Source: Verrucomicrobiales bacterium
GTDB lineage: Bacteria; Verrucomicrobiota; Verrucomicrobiia; Limisphaerales; CAIMTB01
Length of the DNA: 64,000 bases
Direction of reading: 5' to 3'
Assembly (NCBI GenBank): GCA_016795425.1
Contig: JAEUHG010000174.1
Span: forward strand, 68,131 to 132,130
A program made the position numbers and the translations under genes. Below the pieces are notes generated by a model. It saw only the letters and a program-made list of their open reading frames with translations. It was not told the DNA's origin and ran no database searches. This document shows positions 18,139-27,682 of this stretch, in pieces; the first letter of the stretch is position 1; each line of letters begins with the position of its first letter.

Positions 18139-21100
18139 ATGTTGTCGTTTCTCTGCTGGATTCGAAGGTGGGTCGTGGGGCTCGCTGGTCTGTCGCTCAC
18201 CGCAACCACGGCGCTCGGTGAGTCCTTGGGACCGTCGAGTCGAAGAACCGATTGGGTGCTCTCAGAAATCCTGTTCCATCCGGCGCCGCGAGCGGACGGC
18301 CGAAACCTCGAGTTCATCGAGATCTATAACGCTGGGTTGATCGCCGAGGATCTCGGCGGGCATCGAATCAGCGGCGAGGTAAACTTTGTAGTCCCCCGCA
18401 ACACCCTCGTTCCCGCCGGCGGCTTCGTGGTTTTGGCCCCCTCTCCGGATGATCTTCGTGCCATTTACGGCCTGACGCAGGTTGTCGGTGAATTCACCAA
18501 CCGGCTGAACAACGCCGGCGGACGCATTCGCCTTCACAATCCCGCCGGGGCGGTGCTGTTGGAGGTTGAATACCAGGCGACGGCGCCATGGCCAGCGGCG
18601 GCGGCCGGAGGAGGACATTCCGTCGTCCTGCAGCGACCCTCCTTTGGCGAGGCAGATCCGCGAGCGTGGCAGGCCAGTGCTCTCATCGGCGGTTCCCCAG
18701 GAAATCCAGAACCTGCCGGCGTCGACGCCTGGGGTGGTCTCGTCATTAATGAGTGGTTGGCCCGCCTCGGCACTTCTCAAGCCGGTTTCATCGAACTTCA
18801 CAATCGTTCCGGGTTCGACCTCGACGTCGGAGGCTGTCGGCTCACCGATTCCCCGGCCAATGCGGGGTATCGATTCCCCCCTCGTTCCTTTATTCCCGGG
18901 CGCGGATTTCTGGTTGTCGAAGGATCCGAGTTTCCTCCCGAGTCTCTCGCCGGTCGGGAAAGAATCCTTCTTATCGATCCTGAAGGCACGCGGGTCATCG
19001 ATGCCATCCGGTTCGGGGGTCAACGCGTGGGGGTGAGCGGCGGCCGGTATCCCGATGGCGGTGAGGCCAGGGGCGATCTGAGGGCGCCGACGCCTTCGCT
19101 GGCCAACGCGGCTCCCCCATCGGCAGAGGTCGTGATCAATGAGATTCTCTACCGCCCGATCTCGGGCGACGAGGCCGGGGAGTACATTGAACTGCATCAT
19201 CCGGGCGCGTCGGACCTCGATATCTCCGGGTGGCGCATTGTCGACGGGGTTGATTTCGAGTTCCCGGCTGGCACCACCATTCCGGCGGGCGGGTATCTCG
19301 TAGTCGCCCGCGACGCCGAGAGACTTCGGGCACTCCATCCCAACCTCACTCCCAAAGCGGTGACCGGCAATTTCAGCGGCAGCCTCGCTAATGGCGGCGA
19401 ACGCATCGCCTTGGCGAGACCGGTGTCTCGGATGGTCCCCGACGCCACGGGAGTCGCTAAGCCTGAAACCACGTGGGCCGTAGTCAATGAGGTCACCTAC
19501 GGTGACGGTGGCGCGTGGGGTCAGTGGTCGGACGGTGGGGGTAGCAGTTTGGAACTCATGGACCCGGCTTCGGACAACCGCCTGGCAGCGAACTGGGCCG
19601 ACAGCGACGAATCCGCCAAGTCGGTTTGGACCACGATTGAGACAAGCGGCATCCTGGACCAGGGAACGGGGACGCCGGACCGTCTTCAGATTGTCGCCCA
19701 AGGCGCGGGTGAATTCCTGATTGACGACATCGAGGTCGTGAATGCCTCGGGTGCCAACCTGGTGGGCAACGGGACCTTTGCTTCTGGAATCAACGGCTGG
19801 ACCTTGCGCGGCACGATGGAGGGGTCAGCCTGGGAATCCGGCGATGGTTTCAAGGCTCCCGGTTGCCTGCGTGTCGCCTCGGTCGCAAGGGGCGATACCG
19901 GTGGTAATCGAATTCAAGCACCCTTGTCCACCTCGCCTGCCGTCGGATCCACCGCGACGATCCGCGCCCACGTACGATGGCTTCGCGGACACCCGGAAGT
20001 CCTGCTTCGCTTGCGCGGCAACCATCTGGAGGCCGTCGGAACGATGATGATTCCCGGCACGAGTGGCACACCGGGCGCCGCCAACTCACGTCGTGTCCCC
20101 AACGTGGCGCCATCCATTCGCGAGCTTCACCATGATCCCGTCCTGCCGCTGGCCAATCAGTCCGTCCTGGTCTCCGCCCGGATCAGTGATTCGGACGGAC
20201 TTGGCCGCGTCCGCCTGCGTTATCGGCTGGATCCCTCCGGCACCGTCAACGAATTGCCCATGACGGATGACGGGACCGGCGGAGATTTGGTGGCCGGCGA
20301 TCAACTCTTCAGCGCAACCCTGCCGGTGTTTTCCGGTGGAAGTTTGGTGGCCTTCCAAGTGGTCGCTGAAGACGCCCGCAATCCGTCGGGAATCGCGGCT
20401 TTTCCGCCGCAGGAAGCCCTCATCCGATACGGCGAAACCCGACCTGGCGGCAAGCTCGGGACCTATCGACTTTGGATGACCCAGGCAACTCTGAGCCGAT
20501 GGTCAACGCGGCCAAAACTCGACAACGCCCCTCTTCCCGTGACCTTCGTTTACAACGATCAACGCGTCGTCCATGGCGTTGGCGCGTTGTACGCAGGGAG
20601 TCCGCATATCTCTCCCGGGTACAATTCTCCGCTGGGGAATCTGTGCGGCTATGTCCTCATCTTTCCCGAGGACGAACCGTTTCTGGGTGCGACCGACGTG
20701 GTGTTGGATTGGCCCGGGCGCGACACGACCGCTCAACAGGAACCGATGGCCTACTGGATCGCGCGCGAGTTGGGCATTCCCTTCAACCACCGGCGCTACA
20801 TTCGACTTCATGTCAACGGTGTCACCGAAACCGCGCGTGGCAGTATTTACGAAGATGCCCAGCAGGTGAACAGCGACCTGATGGAGAGTTGGAATCCGGA
20901 GGGCACGGATGGTGATCTCTACAAGATCGAACAATGGTTCGAGTTCGATGATGGAGGTGGAACGTCGGCGGTGATTCCGCCCCGTCTGGAGAACTACACG
21001 ACCGCTGGCGGTGGCAAAAAGCTCGCGCGCTACCGCTGGAACTGGCTGAAGCGCGCCGCCCGCGGCTCCACCAGCGATTATGCCAGTCTCTTTACATTGG

Positions 21101-24093
21101 TCGACGCCGCCAACTCGACGGATCCAGCCGTGTACGCCACTCAACTTCGTGCGTTTGCCGATTTCGAGGAATGGATGCGCATCTTCGCCACGGAAAACAT
21201 TGTGGTGAACCTCGATGCCTGGGGCTACGACATCGGCAAGAACATGTACGCCTACAAACCTCCGGGCGGCCGTTGGCAGTTGCACATGTGGGACATCGAC
21301 TGGGTGATGCTGGCCAGCGCCCAACACGGATATTCACCCACCTCTCCGCTCATGTATCGGGGCGGCGCCGTTTTTGGTGATGCCAACCGGGACCCGGTGG
21401 TGGGGCGCATGTATAACCACCCGATGTTCCAACGCGCCTATTGGCGCGCCATCCAGGATGCCGTCGACGGGCCGCTCGTCCCGGAGCGCGTGGCGGCACG
21501 GATGGATGCCGTGCATGCGGCCCTGGTGGCGAATGGGGTGACGCGAAGTTCAGGGGGCACGCTTTCCTCTCCGGTCCAGGTCAAAACCTGGCTGAGACAA
21601 CGTCGCGACTATTTGATGCAACAACTCGCCACTGTCTCGGCCACGTTTACACTCAACAGCCCGCCGGCTGCCCTCGGCGGATCGAACGTGGTCACCTTAT
21701 CGGGTACCGCGCCCATCGTCGTCGCGGACCTCCGTGTGAATGGCGACGCATTCTTCGTCACCTGGACTTCCGTGACGAACTGGTCGCTGGCCGTGCCACT
21801 GAAACCCGGAGACAACGTACTTTCGGTTCAGGGATTCGATCGAGTCGGCAACGCGATCGCCAGTGCCGTGGCGACCGCTTCGGTTCGATACTCGGGAACC
21901 CTCGACTCCCCATTGGGCCACGTGGTTCTGAACGAGATCCAAACGGCCCCGGTGATTCGCGATGGCGAATTCGTCGAGGTCTACAATCGTTCCACCAACA
22001 CCTGGTTCAACCTGTCCGCATGGCGATTGGAAGGCGTGGATGGGACTTTTCCGGCGGGAAGCCTGCTCCCCCCCAACGGCTACCTGGTGTTGGCCCGCGA
22101 CCGCGAGCGCCTCGCCGAAGCCCATGGAATCCGCGCCGTTGCCGCTGGTGAATTCCATGGGCGCCTCTTGTTCAATGGCGAAACCCTGGCGCTTGCGACG
22201 CCCGCGTCGACAGGCGAAACCGCCATGGTCACCGATGCGGTGACTTACGCCTCCACTCCGCCCTGGCCTGTGCCAGTTTTCGGCTCGGGCACCTCCATCC
22301 AGCGCGTCGATGCCGATCAGGACGGACGCCATCCTTCCAATTGGAGGGTCGCCAACAGTTCCCCTGGCCAACCTGCCCGCGTGCTGGTGCCGTGGACCCA
22401 AAACTGGCGATATGACCAATCTGGCCGCGACCTCGGATCGTCATGGCGGGAATTCGGATTCGACGACACCGCATGGCCTTCGGGCGCGGCGATCCTCTAC
22501 CAGGAAGGTGCGGACCTTCCCCAGCCCAAGAACACCGCTCTCACGCTGGGACCTCTGACCTACTACTTCCGGACCCGTTTCAACTTCGAGGGCGACCCGG
22601 CGTCCACGGGCCTGCAACTCTCGTGGCTACTCGATGACGGCGCGGTCGCCTACCTGAACGGCATCGAAGTGGCGCGGTTGGGAATGCCGGAGTCCGACGT
22701 CATCACCTCCACCACGATCGCCGCCCGCACCGTGGGTGACGCATCCATCGAAGGTCCGATTGCCCTGCCGACGTCAGCCCTGCGCCGGGGCGACAATGTG
22801 CTCGCGGTTGAGGCGCACCAGATTTCGACGGGCAGCAGCGACGTGGTTTTTGGTCTTCAACTGGAGACCGCCGCGGTGAGCGGTTCCGAACTGGCGACGC
22901 CCGGACGCCGCAATTCCGTTGCCTCCCAGCTTCCCACCCTGCCACCGGTATGGATCAACGAGCTTCAGCCTGACAATCGATCGGGCCCGACCGACCTCGC
23001 TGGCGAACCAGAGCCGTGGGTCGAACTCTACAATGCCGGAACGGAAACCGTTTCTCTGTCACCTTGTTTCCTGAGCGATACCGCCAGCGAACCCACGAAG
23101 TGGCAGTTTCCAGTCGGCACGCAGATCGCCCCGGGCGCTTTTCTGGTGGTGTGGCTCGATGGTGAATCCGCCGAATCCACCGGTACCTCGCTGCACACCG
23201 GATTCCGGTTGGCTTCAACCAACGGCTCCCTGGTCTTGTCCACCACGAATCTCGCCGGGACGTTCGTGCTGGATGCCCTCCATTATGGGGCGCTCGCACC
23301 GGACGCCGCGATCGCCCTGATTCCCGACGGCGCCGCCGAGAATCGCTGGACCCTCGGCTCTGGAGCGACACCCGGCGCCGGCAATCAAAGGCCCGACCTC
23401 CTCTCGCAGGTGGTGATCAATGAATGGATGGCGGCCAACACCTCGGCGGTCATGGACCCCGCCGACGGCGATTTCGAGGATTGGTTCGAACTCTATAATC
23501 CTGGGAACCAGACCGTGGATCTGACCGGTTGCACGCTTTCCGACCAACTCGCCAATCCGCGGAAGTATGTCATCCCGAGCGGCACCGCGATCGGGCCTCG
23601 TGGATTCCTCCTGGTCTGGGCCGATGAAGAATCGTCACAGACACAGCCCGGCGGTCCGCTGCATGCCAACTTCAAACTCAGCCAAAGCGGCGAGTCCATC
23701 CTGCTCTCTGGCCCCGATGGCCAGATCATCGATCACCGCTCCTTCGTCAATCAGGTTGAGAATAGCAGCACGGGACGGTGGCCCGACGGCGCCACGGTGG
23801 CGACGAATTACCTAGGAAGGGCCACTCCCGGCAGCGCCAACGCCGCGCCCAATGGGGAAACGCCGGAGGTTCACCTGCTGGGCATCGCCGTCGGATCGGA
23901 CGGGGGCGTGACCGTCACTTGGGAATTCGTTGCTGGCAGCACCGACGTCCTCGAAGCCAGCGACGTTCTGACTCCCGAAAACTGGTTCACCGTTCCGGGA
24001 GAGATCCAGACCATCGGCAATACTGCCGCCGCCACCGACCCGTCCGCCCGCCAAAGTCCCGCGAGGTTCTATCGCGTGCGACGAATGCCGTGA
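18139..24093 (+). CDS. Giant secreted CotH-family protein (atypical kinase fold) with multiple lamin-tail domains
   Basis: Signal peptide MLSFLCWIRRWVVGLAGLSLTATTALG at the ATG at 18139 (track start 17815). At least 6 LTD-like modules: LSEILFHP..LEFIEIYNAG; VINEWLA..FIELHNRS; VINEILYRP..EYIELHHPG; VLNEIQT..EFVEVYNRS; WINELQPDN..WVELYNAG; VINEWMA..WFELYNPG. The CotH core is about 20540-21320 (YIRLHVNGV..IYEDAQQVN..DLYKIE..KNMYAYKPPGGRWQLHMWDIDW). The C-terminus ends ARFYRVRRMP. Confidence 0.85.
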   Translation: MLSFLCWIRRWVVGLAGLSLTATTALGESLGPSSRRTDWVLSEILFHPAPRADGRNLEFIEIYNAGLIAEDLGGHRISGEVNFVVPRNTLVPAGGFVVLAPSPDDLRAIYGLTQVVGEFTNRLNNAGGRIRLHNPAGAVLLEVEYQATAPWPAAAAGGGHSVVLQRPSFGEADPRAWQASALIGGSPGNPEPAGVDAWGGLVINEWLARLGTSQAGFIELHNRSGFDLDVGGCRLTDSPANAGYRFPPRSFIPGRGFLVVEGSEFPPESLAGRERILLIDPEGTRVIDAIRFGGQRVGVSGGRYPDGGEARGDLRAPTPSLANAAPPSAEVVINEILYRPISGDEAGEYIELHHPGASDLDISGWRIVDGVDFEFPAGTTIPAGGYLVVARDAERLRALHPNLTPKAVTGNFSGSLANGGERIALARPVSRMVPDATGVAKPETTWAVVNEVTYGDGGAWGQWSDGGGSSLELMDPASDNRLAANWADSDESAKSVWTTIETSGILDQGTGTPDRLQIVAQGAGEFLIDDIEVVNASGANLVGNGTFASGINGWTLRGTMEGSAWESGDGFKAPGCLRVASVARGDTGGNRIQAPLSTSPAVGSTATIRAHVRWLRGHPEVLLRLRGNHLEAVGTMMIPGTSGTPGAANSRRVPNVAPSIRELHHDPVLPLANQSVLVSARISDSDGLGRVRLRYRLDPSGTVNELPMTDDGTGGDLVAGDQLFSATLPVFSGGSLVAFQVVAEDARNPSGIAAFPPQEALIRYGETRPGGKLGTYRLWMTQATLSRWSTRPKLDNAPLPVTFVYNDQRVVHGVGALYAGSPHISPGYNSPLGNLCGYVLIFPEDEPFLGATDVVLDWPGRDTTAQQEPMAYWIARELGIPFNHRRYIRLHVNGVTETARGSIYEDAQQVNSDLMESWNPEGTDGDLYKIEQWFEFDDGGGTSAVIPPRLENYTTAGGGKKLARYRWNWLKRAARGSTSDYASLFTLVDAANSTDPAVYATQLRAFADFEEWMRIFATENIVVNLDAWGYDIGKNMYAYKPPGGRWQLHMWDIDWVMLASAQHGYSPTSPLMYRGGAVFGDANRDPVVGRMYNHPMFQRAYWRAIQDAVDGPLVPERVAARMDAVHAALVANGVTRSSGGTLSSPVQVKTWLRQRRDYLMQQLATVSATFTLNSPPAALGGSNVVTLSGTAPIVVADLRVNGDAFFVTWTSVTNWSLAVPLKPGDNVLSVQGFDRVGNAIASAVATASVRYSGTLDSPLGHVVLNEIQTAPVIRDGEFVEVYNRSTNTWFNLSAWRLEGVDGTFPAGSLLPPNGYLVLARDRERLAEAHGIRAVAAGEFHGRLLFNGETLALATPASTGETAMVTDAVTYASTPPWPVPVFGSGTSIQRVDADQDGRHPSNWRVANSSPGQPARVLVPWTQNWRYDQSGRDLGSSWREFGFDDTAWPSGAAILYQEGADLPQPKNTALTLGPLTYYFRTRFNFEGDPASTGLQLSWLLDDGAVAYLNGIEVARLGMPESDVITSTTIAARTVGDASIEGPIALPTSALRRGDNVLAVEAHQISTGSSDVVFGLQLETAAVSGSELATPGRRNSVASQLPTLPPVWINELQPDNRSGPTDLAGEPEPWVELYNAGTETVSLSPCFLSDTASEPTKWQFPVGTQIAPGAFLVVWLDGESAESTGTSLHTGFRLASTNGSLVLSTTNLAGTFVLDALHYGALAPDAAIALIPDGAAENRWTLGSGATPGAGNQRPDLLSQVVINEWMAANTSAVMDPADGDFEDWFELYNPGNQTVDLTGCTLSDQLANPRKYVIPSGTAIGPRGFLLVWADEESSQTQPGGPLHANFKLSQSGESILLSGPDGQIIDHRSFVNQVENSSTGRWPDGATVATNYLGRATPGSANAAPNGETPEVHLLGIAVGSDGGVTVTWEFVAGSTDVLEASDVLTPENWFTVPGEIQTIGNTAAATDPSARQSPARFYRVRRMP

Positions 24094-24242
24094 CGATTCG
24101 GGCACGCTTCGAATCACCACCACGGAGGGCATGGCGCGGGCGCCGCGATTTGGCATCGCTCCGAGCCATTCGACGCGCGACGGAGAGCGCGCCCTGCCGC
24201 CCTGCCTCGAGGAACCTGCGCGCAGGCGGCGAGAAGCGCTGC

Positions 24243-26942
24243 CTAGTTCAGTCCGCTCGACGTCGCGCCAGGGGGACCCTGCATTCCCCAGCGAACGCTC
24301 ATGCGTCCGTCGCTGCCGTCCCGCACGCTGAGGGTGCGCACCGTGTAGCCTTCAGCCAAGGGATCAGCCGGCTGCACCACCACGTTTTGACCTGCACTCG
24401 GTCGGAATTCGCTGTCGGGAATTGGCTCATTCTCCAAATCCCGCAGATACCACGATTGGGAGCCGCCGTAATTGGACTGCTCTTCCAATAAGCGCAGCCG
24501 GAAATCCTTGGCGTCGATCCACCAGGTGCGGGCGGAGGCCAGCAGTTCCTTCGCATCCGGCTCGATCCCAATCGAGAATTCATGGGTCGTCCAGCCACGA
24601 ACCCGGTGGCAAACATGCCCTCCGAGCTCACCCATCCCCAGGTACTCCAGTCCCTCCACCGACGCGAAGGGTTCAGCAAACGAGAGGTTCTTCTCTCCGA
24701 CGTCGTCGAAGGAACACTTCCTGACGATCAAACGATCTCCCTTTTCCGCGTCCGTTTCGCGCATGAGAAACCAGCAGTGCTCGCCATCACTTCCGACCGA
24801 GAACGGAACCTCCATGATCTGGCGAATGTCGGCGAAGAACTGGCGTTCTCCCTGCAACTTGAACGACGAGATCCTCAGGCTTAAGGCGTTCCGTGGACGC
24901 TCCAAGGTTCCCGACCATCGGATGGTTCGTACACGTTCGGACAGGGATTTCAACGATCGCCGCGCCGCCTGAGTCGACACCACCAACCCGCTAAGCTTCG
25001 GTGACGCGGCCGCCTCCCGTCGATGCTGCACGTCTTTGGTCGACCAGATCTCGCTTCCCGTGGAATAAGTGACCACGACCGGTTCGTTCGTCGCACCGCT
25101 CACGCTCCAAAATCCACGCAATGACAAATCGACCGTACACTCTTGTGGGAGAGTGACGGGCATCGACGCCACTCGACGGTCGGCATCCCACTCGACGAGC
25201 GTGATTGGTTTTGGGGATGGCCGTGGCCCGCCGGATTCTCTGCGCGGCTCAGAGGTGAGCAGACCATCGAATCGGTCGGGATCCATGGATTGATCGAATT
25301 CGATCCGCATTACCGTAAGCCGCCCGACTTTCGAACCGCTGGGCGGGTCCACCTTCACGACCCTGGGAGTCGTGCCCCTGGCAGGCGCCATCGCCGTGGT
25401 GAACTCGATCGTCGCCGATTCCGCCACCACGCCGTCGTTCGATTGGAAGCCCTTCGGATCCGGCATCACCGAGGCACTATTGATCTGGAGCGAATGATGC
25501 TTCCCGGGAATCAGCCGAACCGGGAGCACAAACTCGTGGCTCGCTTCGAGATACTCAGGGTCACCCTGGCTGTAGAATCCGCCGGACTTCCACTCGAGTT
25601 CCATCCGTCCTGGATCCATCGGCCGGTCAAACCGGAGTCGAATCCGCGTATCGGGCGGCACCTCCGTTGCACCGTTGCCCGGTGCGACCGCAACCAACTT
25701 CGGTCGACCCGATTGGTACGGAACCAACTCGGCATCCTTTGCCTGCGCCAGTTTGCTCGATGCAGGCAACGGGGCTTGTCCCGCGGATTCCAGTCGAACG
25801 CCCGGCAGCAGGAAGGCCGCCATCACCACCGCCGCAGCCATCCCGGTCATCGACAGGCGTGGAGCGCGCACGATCGTGGGATCCATGATCCGCACCAACC
25901 GCCGTCCCAGGGGATGAAGATCCTCGCCGAAACCGAGAGTGCCGGCCACGGCTCCGGGATTCGAAAACACCGAAGCGGCGCGCACGAGGACTTCCCCGTA
26001 CCGTTCGCGCGTACTGACGCGTTGGGCCAGCACCAGGTCATCGCAGCAATCCTCGCGCACTTGCCGCAGCGCCCGATTCACCAACCACAGCACCGGGTGA
26101 AACCACCAGATGGCCTGCAGCAGAATCTGGAGCCAATTCACCCACAAATCGCCACGCCGAAAGTGGGCGAGTTCATGACCCAACACGGCGCGCCATTCCG
26201 ACTCGGGGAGCCGTGCCAGGCTGTCCGCCGGCAACAGAATGGTCCGATGCCACAACCCAAAGGCGATGGGCGCCGGAACCTGATCAGAAAACCGCAGGTC
26301 TGGCACGCGCCGCAACTCCAGCTGCCGGGACAAATCCTCCAGCAGTCGGATGGCCCGGATATCCTCCACCGGCTGGCTCTGCCGCACCCAACCGTGCACG
26401 ACCGAAAGCTGCCGCAACACCCACAGCGCCACCGCGACGGCCCCCGCCAGATGCACCAGCAACACCCAAGCCGGCCACTGTAAAGAGACCGCCCCCCGCA
26501 CCACCCGAGAGGATGGTTCGGTCCTCACCACCTCCCGCTCCACGACGCGAGGCACCACAACCACCTCCGCTTCCCTCTTCCCCTCACTGGGAGAAATCAG
26601 CGTCGCAGCCCCAACTTTGGTCCCATGAGTCCCATGAATCCCTTCCGACCCCAAAATCCCCTTTTCCACCAAAACCTCGGTCACCACCTGCTCCCGCCCC
26701 CCCGCCCCTGGGACCGCCACCCAACTCAACACCCCACTGCCCACTGGGAAAAACGGCGGCACTACGAACTTGATCAGCGCGATCAGCAGCAGCGCGTAAC
26801 GCCACGGCGCGCGCCACTTGGCGCCCAGGCTCGCCACCCCCCACAGCAGCAAGCCCACCACCGCCACCTGCCAACTGGCATGCGTCAGCCAAACCCAATA
26901 CTCCGCCGCCGCGTGATTCAGAAGACCCACCATCGCGTTCAT
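24243..26942 (-). CDS. BlaR1-like M56 peptidase signal transducer with a large non-PBP extracytoplasmic region
   Basis: N-terminal polytopic M56 domain with HELAHFRRGD (HExxH) and FHPVLWLV. After another TM come two Ig-like modules (VAVAPGNGATEVPPDTRIRLRFDRPMDP; VKVDPPSGSKVGRLTVMRIEFDQSMDP) and a ~330-aa C-terminal domain. A 4-nt overlap with blaI (26939-26942) suggests coupling. Confidence 0.85.
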   Translation of the reverse strand: MNAMVGLLNHAAAEYWVWLTHASWQVAVVGLLLWGVASLGAKWRAPWRYALLLIALIKFVVPPFFPVGSGVLSWVAVPGAGGREQVVTEVLVEKGILGSEGIHGTHGTKVGAATLISPSEGKREAEVVVVPRVVEREVVRTEPSSRVVRGAVSLQWPAWVLLVHLAGAVAVALWVLRQLSVVHGWVRQSQPVEDIRAIRLLEDLSRQLELRRVPDLRFSDQVPAPIAFGLWHRTILLPADSLARLPESEWRAVLGHELAHFRRGDLWVNWLQILLQAIWWFHPVLWLVNRALRQVREDCCDDLVLAQRVSTRERYGEVLVRAASVFSNPGAVAGTLGFGEDLHPLGRRLVRIMDPTIVRAPRLSMTGMAAAVVMAAFLLPGVRLESAGQAPLPASSKLAQAKDAELVPYQSGRPKLVAVAPGNGATEVPPDTRIRLRFDRPMDPGRMELEWKSGGFYSQGDPEYLEASHEFVLPVRLIPGKHHSLQINSASVMPDPKGFQSNDGVVAESATIEFTTAMAPARGTTPRVVKVDPPSGSKVGRLTVMRIEFDQSMDPDRFDGLLTSEPRRESGGPRPSPKPITLVEWDADRRVASMPVTLPQECTVDLSLRGFWSVSGATNEPVVVTYSTGSEIWSTKDVQHRREAAASPKLSGLVVSTQAARRSLKSLSERVRTIRWSGTLERPRNALSLRISSFKLQGERQFFADIRQIMEVPFSVGSDGEHCWFLMRETDAEKGDRLIVRKCSFDDVGEKNLSFAEPFASVEGLEYLGMGELGGHVCHRVRGWTTHEFSIGIEPDAKELLASARTWWIDAKDFRLRLLEEQSNYGGSQSWYLRDLENEPIPDSEFRPSAGQNVVVQPADPLAEGYTVRTLSVRDGSDGRMSVRWGMQGPPGATSSGLN

Positions 26943-27346
26943 GACGCCTCCTCCTTTCCGCCCGACTGCCGTGCCTTCAGGTCCTCCAACAACGCCTCGA
27001 GACGTGTCACCTGTTCCGTGGTGGGTGCCCGTCCCTCGAACAACGACGCCACCAGCGTAATGGGATCGCCGTGAAATACCCGCTGGACCAGCTCATTCAC
27101 CGCCCCGCGAAACGCGGATCCTTTCCGGCGCGCCGGCCGGAAGACAAAGGCTTTGCCGACCGGTCCCTTTTCCTTTGCCACCAGCCCCTTCGCGGCCAGT
27201 CGCGTCAGCAGCGTCACCACCGAGGCGTGGCTCATCGGCCGATACGCCTCGAGTTTCTCCCGCAAATCCCGCGCCGTCGCCTCACCCGCCTGGTGCAGAC
27301 AGGCAAGGACGTCACGTTCGGCCGGGGGCAAGGTGAAATGGGACAT
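26939..27346 (-). CDS. BlaI/MecI/CopY family transcriptional repressor
   Basis: Winged-helix N-terminus MSHFTLPPAERDVLACLHQAGEATARDLREKL..SVVTLLTRLAAKGLV and a helical C-terminal dimerisation part. The ATG is at 27344-27346; the track start 27385 adds 13 unlikely residues. Confidence 0.85.
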   Translation of the reverse strand: MSHFTLPPAERDVLACLHQAGEATARDLREKLEAYRPMSHASVVTLLTRLAAKGLVAKEKGPVGKAFVFRPARRKGSAFRGAVNELVQRVFHGDPITLVASLFEGRAPTTEQVTRLEALLEDLKARQSGGKEEAS

Positions 27347-27427
27347 GCAAGATTCCTTTCCTTTCCTTCCGCCAGTGGACGCCATGGAGTTTTGAGAAAC
27401 CGTCCGTCGCTCCGGGGCTCACGATTA

Positions 27428-27478
27428 TTGACAGTTGTCTTTTTGTCAAATGGCAAATCGACACTTGTCTTTATGTCG
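27428..27478. promoter_or_regulatory. Two tandem palindromic operator candidates (BlaI-type) in the divergent blaI/flavodoxin intergenic region
   Basis: TTGACAgttgtcttttTGTCAA (27428-27449) and CGACActtgtctttaTGTCG (27459-27478). Both share the core GACAnTTGTCTTTnTGTC. Their centres are about 30 bp apart. They sit in a locally AT-rich patch. Confidence 0.55.
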
Positions 27479-27682
27479 CAGGCGGAGACGGCGCCTCGAC
27501 TCGGCGGGGGTCTCGTGAAAAACTGCCGCCTATCCATGAACTGCAGGACGCCGCAAGTCCCTCGTCGCAGCGCGACGAGGGCTACCTGATTGGGCCCATT
27601 TCCGACACCGATGGGCCCTGTCGCGCCTTCCTTCGAGTTCATGGTCCGCCTGCGCGCCTTCCGACCCATCCTTCATTTGCCT

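Noticed and set aside
18262-19701. 479-aa minus-strand ORF inside the CotH gene
   Set aside because: It is antisense to the LTD-repeat coding frame. It has no motifs and is Arg/Gly/Pro-rich.
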